Program-made: the position numbers and the translations under genes
NCBI GenBank assembly: GCA_021613535.1
Contig: CP075496.1
Coordinates: 1,984,001-2,048,000, forward strand
DNA length: 64,000 nt
Direction: 5' to 3'
Origin: Adineta vaga
Taxonomy: Eukaryota > Animalia > Rotifera
The notes under the pieces: model-generated
Seen by the model: the letters and a program-made list of their open reading frames with translations, nothing else
Databases searched by the model: none
What the model was told of the DNA's origin: nothing
Shown here: positions 1 through 12,295 of the stretch, piece by piece
Position numbering within the stretch: position 1 is the first letter of the stretch
How the letters are laid out: every line of letters begins with the position of its first letter

Positions 1-223
1 AGGATATAAACTGAAGAAAAACCATATGTAATACATAGTGTGCCTTGATTATCAACAACTATAAGACGTCATTCGATGAATAAATAATCAGATAGATGGA
101 ATACTTTTTCTCAGCTTTTTCTCTTTATTGTCATGATGTGATTATGGTTGTCATTTGAATACAAAAAAAACATATATGTCGACACAAGAAAAAGAGAAGA
201 AAGAAATGATTAAATTATGTCTT

Positions 224-1518
224 TTAAACAAGAGGATAACTGGCAGCAGTAGCAATACCACATTGGTTACGTTTGTTACGGCTCATTTTGATATAACCTG
301 AGTCACCCCATCCTTGTCCCCAGCTAAAGACAAAGATCCAAATCATTAAATATGTTATGTATAAAAAAGTTAATTAATAATAATTACCTGTTTTTAACGA
401 GCCAGTAATCTTTGCCTGAATCGGTACCATAACCAACAGCAAGAACACCATGATCAAGTCGAACTTGTGAACAGAAGATTTCGTTATAAACTATAGAAGA
501 ATTTAAAATTTCAATGAAGTTTTCATGTCTTTGAAAAAAAACATACCACCGTGTTTGTATAATTGAAATGATGTATGACCAGCATCAATAGCAACTGAAA
601 TTGGACCAACAGTAGCAACAGCTTGTTGAAGAGCATTTTCATCTTTTGTTGTAATATCAGTAAAACCAGTATCGGTAGCACCAACATTTTCAGATTTGAA
701 TCGGCATTGATTATCAACAGCTTCATATGGATATGAATCTTCAGTATCAATACCATTGTTATCTTTGATGTATTGAAAAGCTTGATCCATTAAACCACCA
801 TTGCAACCCATGTTACCTTGTTTACCTGAACAATCAACTAAGTTTTGTTCGGAGAGTGAAACGAGTTTGCCAGATTGTTTGAAGTGTTGACCTTCAAGTG
901 AACCAGTGGTTGAGAAAGCCCAGCATGAACCGCATTGACCTTGATCTTTAATTGGTGTTACATAACCTTTGTCACGCCAGTCTTTTAGAGAAAGAAAAAA
1001 ACGTCATTCAAATGAATTAACACTACAATTGATCTTCATACATACCAACGGTATCTGGTAATTTAACTTTGGGATTGAATGTAAATGTATGACGATCTTG
1101 ATTTCTTTGTCCTCGCATTGTAACATTATAACCATTCATTACTTTAACGAATTCATTGATTGTCTAATACAGTAAAAGATAAATGAAGATGATTTGTAAT
1201 GAAAGTTATTTAATTTACCATATCAGCGTATTTGTTCATTCCAAGCCAATATGTGTGAACACCAAGATCAGCTTGAAGATTATGATCTTGAACTTTTTTC
1301 AAGTTACCTTCCCATGTTGCTCGACTAAAATTTTCCGATAAAATCGATCGAAATAATTTCACACGAAATTTTTCTTACCGAACATGTTCTTCAGCATCAG
1401 AATATCGTTTATTATTGGCTTCTTTCCATAATTTCCAATGTTGATTTAATGTAACATCAAGAGCTAATGTACAACTAAGAGCAAGTGCAAGAACGGCAAG
1501 TACCGAAATGGATTGCAT
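224..1518 (-). CDS. CTSL: Cathepsin L-like papain-family cysteine protease (multi-exon)
   Basis: Spliced translation gives a signal peptide ([19 protein letters not shown]), an ERFNIN-type propeptide, [11 protein letters not shown] (catalytic Cys), [18 protein letters not shown] (His), YWLVKNSWG (Asn) and C-terminal [12 protein letters not shown]. Confidence 0.96.
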
Positions 1519-1632
1519 ATCTATATTTTATCATTCATTAAACATTTCTTTGATCATCTCAATTTTCACTTACCTTTATTTATTACCAAAGAATAAAAAG
1601 AATGTGTGAGTTAATTCAAAATTCACAAACGT

Positions 1633-1639
1633 TTTTATA
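1633..1639 (-). promoter_or_regulatory. Putative TATA box of cathepsin L
   Basis: TATAAAA on the minus strand about 60 nt upstream of the donor of a 5'UTR intron (GTAAGT near 1574). Confidence 0.4.
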
Positions 1640-1929
1640 CTAAAATTTTATCTTCAATGCCACGTGTGTCTATATTATTATCTCTCACGGTAAAACGCGC
1701 TGTCACTATAGTCTTGCCCAGTCATTACTTCATGGTTATTTTTAGTTGTTCTAGATTCGTTTTTGTTAAAGCAATTCAAATTAGGTCAATTTATCATCCT
1801 CGTCATAAACATGAAGGCACATTTATAGTTGTTTTATTCGTACCCAAGAAAAAGAGAAGAAAATAGAAAAGAAGAAGAAGAAAACTCTAGAAAAGAATCA
1901 CTTTGTCCCACATGTAGAAAAACATTCTT

Positions 1930-3500
1930 TCAAGATTCAAGAACATTATCGAATGAATATGCATTTGTTGCTGAACCACCGTGTCCTGCACTACTCAATG
2001 GTTCCATCGGTGATCGTTTTGATCCACCATTGTGATCTAACATTCGTTCCATTTGTCGAATAGTATGTTCATTTTTAATCATTTTATCTTGTAATTGATG
2101 TCGTTCATAACCGAGATTCGTTAGAACAGAATCTTTTTCAATTAATAATTCTTTAATTCGTTGATTTTCAGCTAAAGTATTTGCATGATTCTTTCGTAAT
2201 TGTGTTAATTGATCTGTTAAACCCATCAATGCATCTTGCATTTTCATTGCTTCTTCATTTTTCATGAAAGCATCAACTGATTTCAATTTTTCCAATTCTA
2301 AAGCTAAACGTTTTTGTTTAGTATTTACAGAAACAAGTTGTTTAGCAAGAAGATCATTTTCTTTTCGATAACCATTCTAGAAAGACAAAAGCAAATGAAT
2401 GAAAAGTCAATATTGATCTTTAACTTTCAACGTACAACATATTCAAGTAATTGTTTATTTTCACCATTTAAATGATCACATTGTTTACTCTGAGCATGTA
2501 ATTGTTCCATTGATGATTTGTTTTGTACTTGAAGCTCTTTTAATTTTTGCATTAAAAGAACCATTTTATTCTTACTATCAGCTTCCAAAGCATCGCGTTC
2601 ATTTTTGATTAAAGTAAATTTCTCTTGTAAAGTAGCAGCATTTGCTTCCGAACTGGAAAAAGCAAAAAAAAAGATATGAAATAAGAACATTCCATTCGAT
2701 CTTACCGTCTTAAATCGACTTGTAAATTATTTGCACGACCGGTTAGAAATTCGATTTTTTCATCGGCTGCTTTTTTTCCTGCAGTTAATTCGTTGACTTT
2801 CGAATTCAAACGTGCAACTTCTTTTTCTGATGAATCACGATTGAAGACAGTTTTATTATATTCATCTTTAAGACTTGATGCATCACGCATAGATTTTTCT
2901 AAATTCTGTTTTGCAATAAAATATTTCTCTTTCAATAGTTCAAGTTCATTGATTAAAACTTGGTTTTGTCCTTTCAAATCTTCGTTGTTTCGTGTTAATG
3001 TGTCAATCATTAAACGCATTTCACGATCGGCCGCTTTGAAACTAAGAAAAACAAATAAAAGAAAATGTTTTTCCCATTTGTTTTGTTTATTACCGTTCTT
3101 CCATTCGACGATAATCTTCGACAAGTTTTTTCGTTGCTTCATATTCACGGGCTAAACGTTCGAGTTCAGTTTTTAAAGAAAGATTATCTTGCTCAAGTTT
3201 TTGATATTTTGTACGAATTTCTCCGAGACGATTACGTGCTAAATACATTAATTTATCGTGTTTATCTTGTAATTTCGTTAATTCATTTCCCAAGGTGCCA
3301 TTTTCTTCCATTAAACGTTCATTTTGAAACCATAAATCATAATTTTCAGCTTTAAGTTGAATTGCTTTGGAGATAGGTTGTTTGCTCATAATATTAATTC
3401 CAGCATTTCGATTCACTACATCTTGAGGTGCTTTCGGATTAGTCATACGATATTCAAGATCAGCAAATGTATCTGCGCGTTCATCTATATGATTAGCCAT
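1930..3500 (-). CDS. Long coiled-coil protein of unknown function (4 exons)
   Basis: Four ORF segments join in frame across short GT-AG introns; heptad-rich E/K/L/Q composition throughout. Confidence 0.8.
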
Positions 3501-5080
3501 GTGAAGAAAAACCTAAGTAAATCAAATCTAATGAGTATTAAATATATATATTCAATCAAGTAGGATTTCTTTTTGTTTTGTTTTGTTTTATAATTCTTTT
3601 TTAGCGATGAAAATATATTTAGATTGAATATTCAGTTGATAATTATTGAAATCACCTACCTGTCTCTATGTATTTCTCTTTTCTCGTAGTTTGCACACGC
3701 ACACCAAAAACTAATTTAAAAAGCAAAACTCTCAATTTTCTTTTCTCTTTCTCTCTCTCTTCCTTCACTCTTTTTTTTGTATATAACGACCATAGTCAAT
3801 GAGTGAATTGCTGCTTAGTTGCTGCAAATATTCAAACAAATCTTTTAAAAAAAAAGAAATTCAACGGTTTGTTGAGAAAAAGAGAGAGAGAGAAGAGAAA
3901 AGTGAAAGGGTGTCGATGGTAGTCAAAAACAAAAAAGCAAAATACACAAACGTTTAAATGGTTCTCTTAAGTAAAGTGATAGATTTCATCCTATGACATC
4001 AACAGGACAAACGATGAAATTTCGTCAAGAATGTTAAACTAAAAAAACAGAAATTTGAGTCGAAAGAAAAAGAATGAGTTTAGACAATGAGAACAATTGA
4101 TGAGTTAGGAAGAGAAATGTCGGATGTATTCAACAGTTTCATGTCAAAAAAAGATCGGAAATTGTCGAAATGAAAAATTCTATTTCCTTTAAAACGAATG
4201 TCAATAATGTTAAATCTTCATTTCTCAAGACAACAGATTACAAATGCAAAACAATATTAAAAAAGAAAGAAAATAGTTCAAATAGCTATTAATCAATTGT
4301 GTAAGAAGAATAATGCATATTTTATGTAAGAAATATAAACGTAGATAGATGAAAGCTTTTTTCTTTTTTGTCTTTGAAAGAAAAACATTGTATTCAATTC
4401 GAGTTTTTAAGAGTAGTTTACTTACCATGTTTGGATCATTTTTGTTCTGTGAAGTATCGTTGATCAAATTCACATTCTTTTATTAACATTCGGTGACATG
4501 TGTGATGAGAATATTACTTCTATGGTATCAGACAAGAAATAAATCAATTCTTTGTTCCAACAGAAAAAGTTTTAGTGATAATTTCATTCTTTGTAAAAGA
4601 AGAAAAAAAAGGAAAGAAGAATGTCAGTTAAAGAAACTTTACATGATTGAATATCTTGAGTGTAATCAGTAGTAAATCTAAATAGTTTTTATGAAATAAC
4701 CTTCAATGAAAACTTGATTGTAAAGTGAGAATTTTCATGAGACAATAGTTGAAGGACAAGTAAAAGTTTGAAATTTTGAACGATTCTCTGAGTGTATTGT
4801 AATATCGAAATCAATATCAGACATATTTTGCATTTCTTGTCTAAATTATCAATTAGAATAGTTAACACATTGTTTTCTCACAATTCTTTCATGATAAAAC
4901 TCTTTTCGATCTTGTACTTTTGAGTTTTCCATTCATCGATATAAATATTGGATTCAATTTGAATATCAATTCTATATTTATTAAAATCTATATGAGTCAT
5001 ATTCTTTAAAGAGAGAAAAACAAACGAATTCAATAGAAAATATGTCTAAAAGAAGAAAAAAAACGAAAGGTCAATCACAT

Positions 5081-6100
5081 TTACGAGTGCATCTCATTAG
5101 TTTGTTCATTATTATCATTTTTCTTTGTTATTTCCTGAGCATCAAATACACGAATTAATTGTTTATTTGTATATGTTTCATCTAATTCTAAGGATAATTG
5201 TGTAAATTGTATTGATTCAATAAGTTTTTCATTCACATCTGGCATTGTCTGTAAATTATCAGATAAATCCATCAGATCTTTATCAGTTATATTTTTAGCA
5301 AATAATTTCTTTTGACCTGTACGAAGTAATGAATTGAAAAAATCTAATTTTTCACCATTATCAAAACCATTTCCTGTCCAAAATGCTTCATCATTTGCAT
5401 GTTGTCGTTCATTTAATATCTGTAAAGCTTGATCACGTTGTTGTTCAATATTATGAATAAATCGTTGAACATACATTTGAATACGTTGACGAATTTCATC
5501 GTATTCTTCTGCTTTTTTATCCATTTCCAAACGTTTCTTATTAATTAATTCAATACGAGATTCGAGTGTATTCAATTGTAATTTACTTTCACGATGAACA
5601 TCTAATAAATGTGTTCGTCGACATGTTTCACATAGCATAAAAGCACAATGTTTACAAATCTTTAACATTTTCAATAGACCACATGTATGACATCGTGCAC
5701 GATAAATTCCATTGATTTGATTTTGTTGTTGATCACATGTTGTTGGTTTTGATGAATCTAATGCTTCACAAAGTTGTTTAAGGATTGGATTAATAATTAA
5801 CATCGATTCGAAATGTTCAAATGAACGAAAATTCAATTGATATTTACAATATGGACATAGAATGAAGTTCATTGAAGTCGTGGAATTAATCGTCGTATTT
5901 TGAGCATAATCAAGTAAACATGAACGACAAAATGAATGTGCACATGGAAGACAACAAGGTGATGTCATACGAGAAAGACAAATACCGCACATTAAGATAT
6001 CATTGAGTAATTCATCTTTGATTTTCGATGAACTGGATGATGATGATGAACATTCAGAGATATTATCAGGAGAATCAGATGGTGTATAATTAGAAGCCAT
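5081..6100 (-). CDS. RING finger / B-box-like / coiled-coil (TRIM-like) E3 ligase, intronless CDS
   Basis: C3HC4 RING (CGIC...CAHSFCRSC...CPYC), a second Zn motif (CHTC...CKHC...LCETCRRTH) and then a coiled coil; 339 aa open frame. Confidence 0.85.
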   Translation of the reverse strand: MASNYTPSDSPDNISECSSSSSSSSKIKDELLNDILMCGICLSRMTSPCCLPCAHSFCRSCLLDYAQNTTINSTTSMNFILCPYCKYQLNFRSFEHFESMLIINPILKQLCEALDSSKPTTCDQQQNQINGIYRARCHTCGLLKMLKICKHCAFMLCETCRRTHLLDVHRESKLQLNTLESRIELINKKRLEMDKKAEEYDEIRQRIQMYVQRFIHNIEQQRDQALQILNERQHANDEAFWTGNGFDNGEKLDFFNSLLRTGQKKLFAKNITDKDLMDLSDNLQTMPDVNEKLIESIQFTQLSLELDETYTNKQLIRVFDAQEITKKNDNNEQTNEMHS

Positions 6101-6763
6101 AAGAAATTAATCTGAAAAATAAATAACGAAAAAGAGCCAAATGTAATCAGTAAAGAATGAACGATAAATCTTTTCAAGATCATATCAATTACTACGTGAG
6201 CAGCAAGAATAGAAGAAGTAGAAGAAGAAGAAAATGTTGTTCGTATCAATATTACTTTCTCAAGGAGTTTCTAATATTTTCATCTCAATTTCTTTTTTAC
6301 TTTCACCTCACGTCTTCTCTTTCTTATATGAAATCAAAACGATGTAGGCAAAAGAAAAACAATAAATCGGTGTCCAATAGATTTCTTTCGATCATCGTTA
6401 TCGTTCGTGAAAGACGATAGAAATCCAATAATGACAATGAATAGAACATGTATCGTGTACGCTATTTCATTAAATGTCGTTGTGGTTGTTGTTGTTGTTG
6501 TCGTTTTCTAGATCATATTAAAAAGGAAGACATCACGTGTATATATAAACTCGGAAATCAATCAGTTCATTTTATAGGGTAGAAAAAAAAACCTTGGCAA
6601 ACAACGTGTTGGTGATAAAGTCAAAAAAATTCTATTCTTTTACGCATACAAACAGAAAAAAATACTAGAAATATAAGGAGCAAAAGAAACGTATAATGAA
6701 TGTAAATTTCTTTTTTTTTGTCTAAAATAACTAAATGTGCGAGCTTAAAATGAGCTCTCGCAC

Positions 6764-7871
6764 TCACTGTGTTTGTTTTTGACTGAGAGGATGATCTTCA
6801 CCTTTCATTAACTTGTACATTAATTGACCCATCTTTGCAGGTGAATCACTCACGTTCACTTTAGCATCTTTTAATGCTTGAATTTTACTTTCAGCACCAC
6901 CGGATTTACCGCTGATAATAGCGCCAGCATGACCCATACGACGACCGGGTGGAGCAGTTTGTCCAGCAATAAAAGCAACGACTGGTTTCGCTTTTGAACC
7001 TTTATTATTTTGTTGAAGATATTCAGCAGCTGCTTCTTCAGCATTACCACCAATTTCACCAATAAGAATAATACCAGTTGTAGCTGGATCATTCAAAAAG
7101 ATATCCAAGCAATCAATAAAATCAGTACCATTGAAAGGATCACCACCAATACCAACACATAATGATTGACCAAGACCAACTTGACTGGTTTGATGAACAG
7201 CTTCATATGTTAATGTACCACTACGTGAAACAATACCAATTGGTCCAGGTCGATGAATATGACCAGGCATAATTCCAATTTTACATTTACCCGGAGCTAA
7301 ACATCATTCCTATGAGTTCGAAGTCAATATTTCAAATAAACTTACCAATGACACCTGGACAATTAGGTCCAACAAGACGAGATTTATTTTGTCTTACCAA
7401 TTGATGTTTAACTTTAACCATATCATGTTGAGGAATACCTTCTGTAATACATACAATTAAACCAATACCAGCATCAATAGCTTCGAGAATAGCTTCTGCA
7501 GCTCCTGGTGGTGGAACATAAATAACTGTTGCTGTTGCACCGGTTTCTTTCATAGCATCATGAACATTTTTAAATACTGGTAAACCTAAATGTTTTGTTC
7601 CCGCTTTCTTTGGACTAACACCACCGACTAATTTTGTTCCATAATCAAGTGCTTGTTGTGAATGAAATGTACCTTGTTTACCAGTAAAACCTTGGCAAAT
7701 TACACGAGTATCAGCATTAATATATAAATTTTTTCGTGTTGAATCATAAATTGATTTATCATAATTCGTATGTGAACTTGCTTGTTGACTTGAATTAACA
7801 ATCGCACTTGTTTGAATAAAACGACATGATGATGTCGAAATTAATGACGAAAGAAAACGTTTGGATAACAT
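6764..7871 (-). CDS. SUCLG1: Succinyl-CoA ligase alpha subunit, mitochondrial
   Basis: Presequence [35 protein letters not shown] and RRMGHAGA (phospho-His); one intron near 7297-7346. Confidence 0.97.
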
Positions 7872-7988
7872 GTCAACAAGATAGATTTTAGATCTAAAAT
7901 AAAAATATAATAGACTAGAATAGATTTCTAAACATATCGCAAAATTGAAAATGAAATTTATCGATTTATAGAAGTTAAACAATTGATT

Positions 7989-9007
7989 TTAAATTTGTTT
8001 TCGAGCTCCTGATTTTTCATATTGTAATTTTTCGTCTGTTAATGGAACATAGATCACACTCATATGTCGTTGTTCATCATATGTTCCATCAGCTTTTTTA
8101 TCATATGTTATCATTTCTTGATTGAGTTTATTATTTCCAACTGGCACAACAAGTCGTCCACCAACTTTTAATTGTCGAATTAATTCGTAAGGTGTATCAG
8201 GTGCAGCTGCACCGACATGAATAGCATCATAAGGTGCTTCAGCAAGATATCCATGTCGACCATCACCTTTATGAATTACTAAACTTCCCTCATCAATTAA
8301 TTCTTTATTATGTTTTTTAATATTTCGAATTGATTTATCAACAAGTTCTTGAATATGTTCAATACCAATTGCTTTTCCATTTGGACGAACTAATCGCGCC
8401 ATACATGCAGTTAAATATCCTGAACCAGAACCAATATCAAGAACTTTTGCTCCTACAAATCGAAAATTAATAATCAATTTTCAATCTGATACAAAAACAA
8501 TACCAGGTTGAAGTTTATCTTTCAAAATTTCTAATCCAAAACCATGCATATGTGGTGCACTAATGACAATAATATTCTGCAATTATCATTCAAAAAAGTA
8601 CGAAGTTTTACCTGATTGTCACCTGCATCAAAAGAAATCAAATACAACTGATCATGAATATACAGAGAAACTTACGGCATAACCGACTAAATGAAAAATA
8701 TAGGATATACGTAGTTTTGTTTAGAAAGATAGAGTTTTTGAATTACTTGATTGTGGTCGATCACGATAAGCATCGGTTTTATCATCAGTAAAATCAGCTC
8801 GATCGATCTGTAACATTGCATTTTGACACGTTCATTAGTGATGAGTCCATTTTTGTATAAATTTTCAATTAATTCCTCATGTGTTGAACCCGATGAACGC
8901 CAAGCCATTTGTTGATTGAATGCTGTTAATGGTAATGAATGGTATGAAATGAGTAAAACAGCAATTAAAATTGAAAATAATGAAGAATAGAATGAATATG
9001 AGAACAT
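7989..9007 (-). CDS. PCMT1: Protein-L-isoaspartate O-methyltransferase (PIMT) with N-terminal hydrophobic extension; one apparent 1-nt deletion near 8822
   Basis: MAWRSSG (ATG 8908), QSIGYAVTISAPHMH, LDIGSGSGYL, GDGRHG, APYDAIHVGAAA, YVPLT. Restoring one A in the run at 8821-8824 gives VKNAMLQIDRADF. Confidence 0.93.
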
Positions 9008-9775
9008 AAATATGGACTTATCTAAAAACGAAAATGTGAATATTCAATGATGGTCTCACAGATATCTTTAATTCTATTTTACTTTTCTGTGATGACCAAT
9101 TTCAGTTAGAAGAAAAGTGATAACGTATATAAATAATGTGAGAGTATGTCTTGCCACACCCAACTTCTAACACATTACTCTATACATTAAAACTGGTTAT
9201 GAATTATTATTGTATGTTGTATCCCATCAGTTTTCATCTCGAAAACCACTTAGTTACCATTAATTAACCGTACCATAACGATCTAAGATTTTCTTCTAAT
9301 TTATAATTTTCTTAATAAATTCTTTTCTAACTACAAATATTTCCGTAAAGTTACGTTAGTTTCCGCCAAAACAATATCTCACGAAAGTTTTCCATCTATC
9401 ACACAGGAATCATTTTCTTTATCTCTTTAGAAATATTTTCCCATTATAATGAAAATCTTTACCTATACATATCAATCGATTAGTGGCTTCTGGGAGTGGC
9501 TTCAGCTTCACAACGTTTTTTGTTCCGGTTTTGATTGTTTATGTTTATGTTTTTTCTTATCCTCTTCTTAAAAATAAACCATTCAGAAGCAAGTTGTACC
9601 TCTGCTTCCATCTATCGATCGATGTTTTCTAACCATTTTGATTCATATCAAATGCCCATCTATCCAACCGAAAAATACATACAACTATTTTTCTTCAAAA
9701 CAATGCTGCGAGTTGTGATGTTAATTTCGATCGTTTTCATTTTAGATTTAGATCTTCTTTTCTTTTTCAAACAAA

Positions 9776-10203
9776 ATGACACGAGTGAAATGTTCACAAC
9801 TTCGTGGTAAAAAACCAGGTAAAGTCTTCAAGATGCTATTGTTTTTTCAAGAATGAATATCAATATTTTAGATGAAATTCAAAAGCAATTAACTGAATTA
9901 CGTCAAGAATTAAATACCTTACGTGTCGGAAAAGTCACAGGTAGTGGCGGAGCACAAAAATTAGGTAAAATTCGTAATGTACGTAAATCCATTGCTCGTG
10001 TACTTATTGTTCGAAATCAAACGACCAAAGAACATTTAAGACAATTATATCATGGAAAAAAATACAAACCAAAAGATTTACGTCAACGAAAAACACGTGC
10101 TATTCGTCGGTTGATGACACCAAAAGAACGATCGGTACAATTAAAGAAGATTCAACGACGCCAATGCGCTTTTCCAAAGCGTACCTTTGCTGTTAAAGCT
10201 TAA
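9776..10203 (+). CDS. RPL35: 60S ribosomal protein L35 (uL29)
   Basis: [14 protein letters not shown]|[14 protein letters not shown]...VRKSIARVL...[16 protein letters not shown]...FAVKA*; intron 9819-9871. Confidence 0.97.
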
Positions 10204-10337
10204 GGAAGAAGAAAAACACTCATTTTTTGTGTTTTTTTTGTTGTTGTTGTTGAAATGTTCGTTTATTAAAGATCTAAAACGAATAAAATAAGAAGAAAAA
10301 AGAAAAATTAGAAAACACATTTATACGTGTTTTAGAT

Positions 10338-12221
10338 ATGCCAAGAAAGAAACAAGTCACATTTCAGAATAGTATTCAAGGAAAATTTATTCCGAGAAGT
10401 TCATCAGCTTCAGGTTTGCCGATCACACTTCATATCATTTGTTTTTATTCTTCATCTTTCATACTTAGTTTTTCCAATGGGAGCTCATGATAATCGATAT
10501 AATGCCAAAATAGCACAATTTCTCGCATCATCATCATCATCATCAGCTTTAACTGATGAAAATAAAATTGTTTCAACAGAATCTTCTCAAGAAAATTCAC
10601 AATTATCGTCCAATGATTTATCAAGTATTCATTCGAATTTATTTCATCGACGTGTTGTTACAATGATTGAAACATTAAGAAAACCAAATCATAATCTATC
10701 ATCTTCTCATGTAGAACATAAATCTCAACCAATTACATTTGGTCAATTGAGACAAGCAACGATTCTTGAAGAAAAATCGATTTCTCATCAATTACCAATT
10801 AATTTCGAAGGAAAACAACAAAAAACGTTGGCATCATTTGTAAGAGATAACACATCGGATTTATCTGTGGTCGAAACGGTCAAATCATCAGTAAAATTTG
10901 AAACAGATGAACCAAGATTACACTATTCACCTTCATTAGAAAAATTATTCGAAGAACAAAATGCGATTTCACAAATGAAAAAAGAACAGAACTCATCATT
11001 AGTCAATGATGACGTTCATTATTCTACTGAACAAGTACCAAATTCATTTCGATCTAATTCTACATCAAGTTTTTACATTCATTCATCTGTACCAAGATGG
11101 GATTTATCACAAAGTAATCAACAAATCACTTCACCTCCATTATTAATAAACGAACAGAATAGAAATCGACCACCACCACCATCCTATTCATCATCAATAG
11201 CAAATCATCGTTCAATAACTCTATCAGGTATGTAAACCAAATTCGAACAAAACATTTCTTTATCAAATAAGTCCTTTATATACTTCAGCATCCCATCGGT
11301 CTCAAAGTCTCGCTCGTCCACCTATCTCATCATCCAGGTCTCATCATTCCTATTCTCAACCATCTACTGAACCTTTTACGAGTATTTCTCTTCCATGTAT
11401 GTCAACATCAACAAATCCTATTCGTTCACCACCTCCGCAATATCAATCATCAATATCAACAATTTCATCTACGAACAATCTACCTCCTCCGTCTCCTTCT
11501 ACGATTAGCAATACTAATTCATTAGCTGGATTTGATCGTGAATTTTCACGTTTACTTTACGGTAAAGATTCGAATAAAACACGACGTAAAAGACAAAAAC
11601 GTAAAGCTTACAGTGATCCTGTTAAGTAAGATATTGAATAAAATACAATCGATATAAAAACATTCTTTTCTTCTAGAGAATGTGTCGAAGAAGCAGGTCG
11701 ATCATTTGAAAAACATCGTCGTCGAGTTACTACGCATTTAAATAAAACTGATTCAGCTGAGGACGATGATGATCATCATGATCGAATTGAACCAAATCGA
11801 TCATTAAATCTTAATTATGAATTAAATTTTCTTCCAAGACGACGTAATCGTCGACAAGCTAAGTAATAATGAAATGATTTTTCTCTCTCATTTTTCAATT
11901 TCTCTCATATTTTCTTTCAGTTTTCTCAAGAAAATACTTATACCAGCAAATCCATTATTAAAACAACGTATTCCTTCGTTTTTACGTGTTTATTCTCAAG
12001 CATCTTCATACAACGACATTCTTCTTCAATGGCATTTATTTCATATATCAGAACTTGAACTCTTTTATGCAATGATGATACGATTGTATAAAAACGAAAA
12101 TCTCGCTCGTGTTCAACTTTATGAAATCTATCGAACGGCTTTACTTTCAGCACTTGCTGAAAAAACATCATCGAATACTGATAATGAAACGAGAGCTTTA
12201 ACAACATTATTAAAGATCTAA
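10338..12221 (+). CDS. SAV1: Salvador-like SARAH-domain protein lacking WW domains (5 exons)
   Basis: C-terminus LIPANP...IPSFLRVYSQA...DILLQWHLFHISELE.FYAMMIRLYK.E...VQLYEIYRTALL matches the Salvador pre-SARAH/SARAH pattern as I recall it. N-terminus MPRKK...QGKF resembles Sav1 MLSRKK...QGKY. All five exons splice in frame. Confidence 0.75.
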
Positions 12222-12295
12222 TTGCTTTTCTCTTCTTCGTTTTCTTTCGCTTTCATTATTTCCGGTGCTAATATTTTCAATTTTTTTTAGATTAA

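Noticed and set aside
2793-3563. Plus-strand ORFs over the coiled-coil gene
   Set aside because: Antisense shadows with F/L/S/I-biased translations and no motifs.
9008-9775. Possible SL RNA, snRNA or tRNA gene in the divergent spacer
   Set aside because: I saw no match to the bdelloid SL exon as I recall it, no cloverleaf and no Sm-site context. An Infernal search would be needed.
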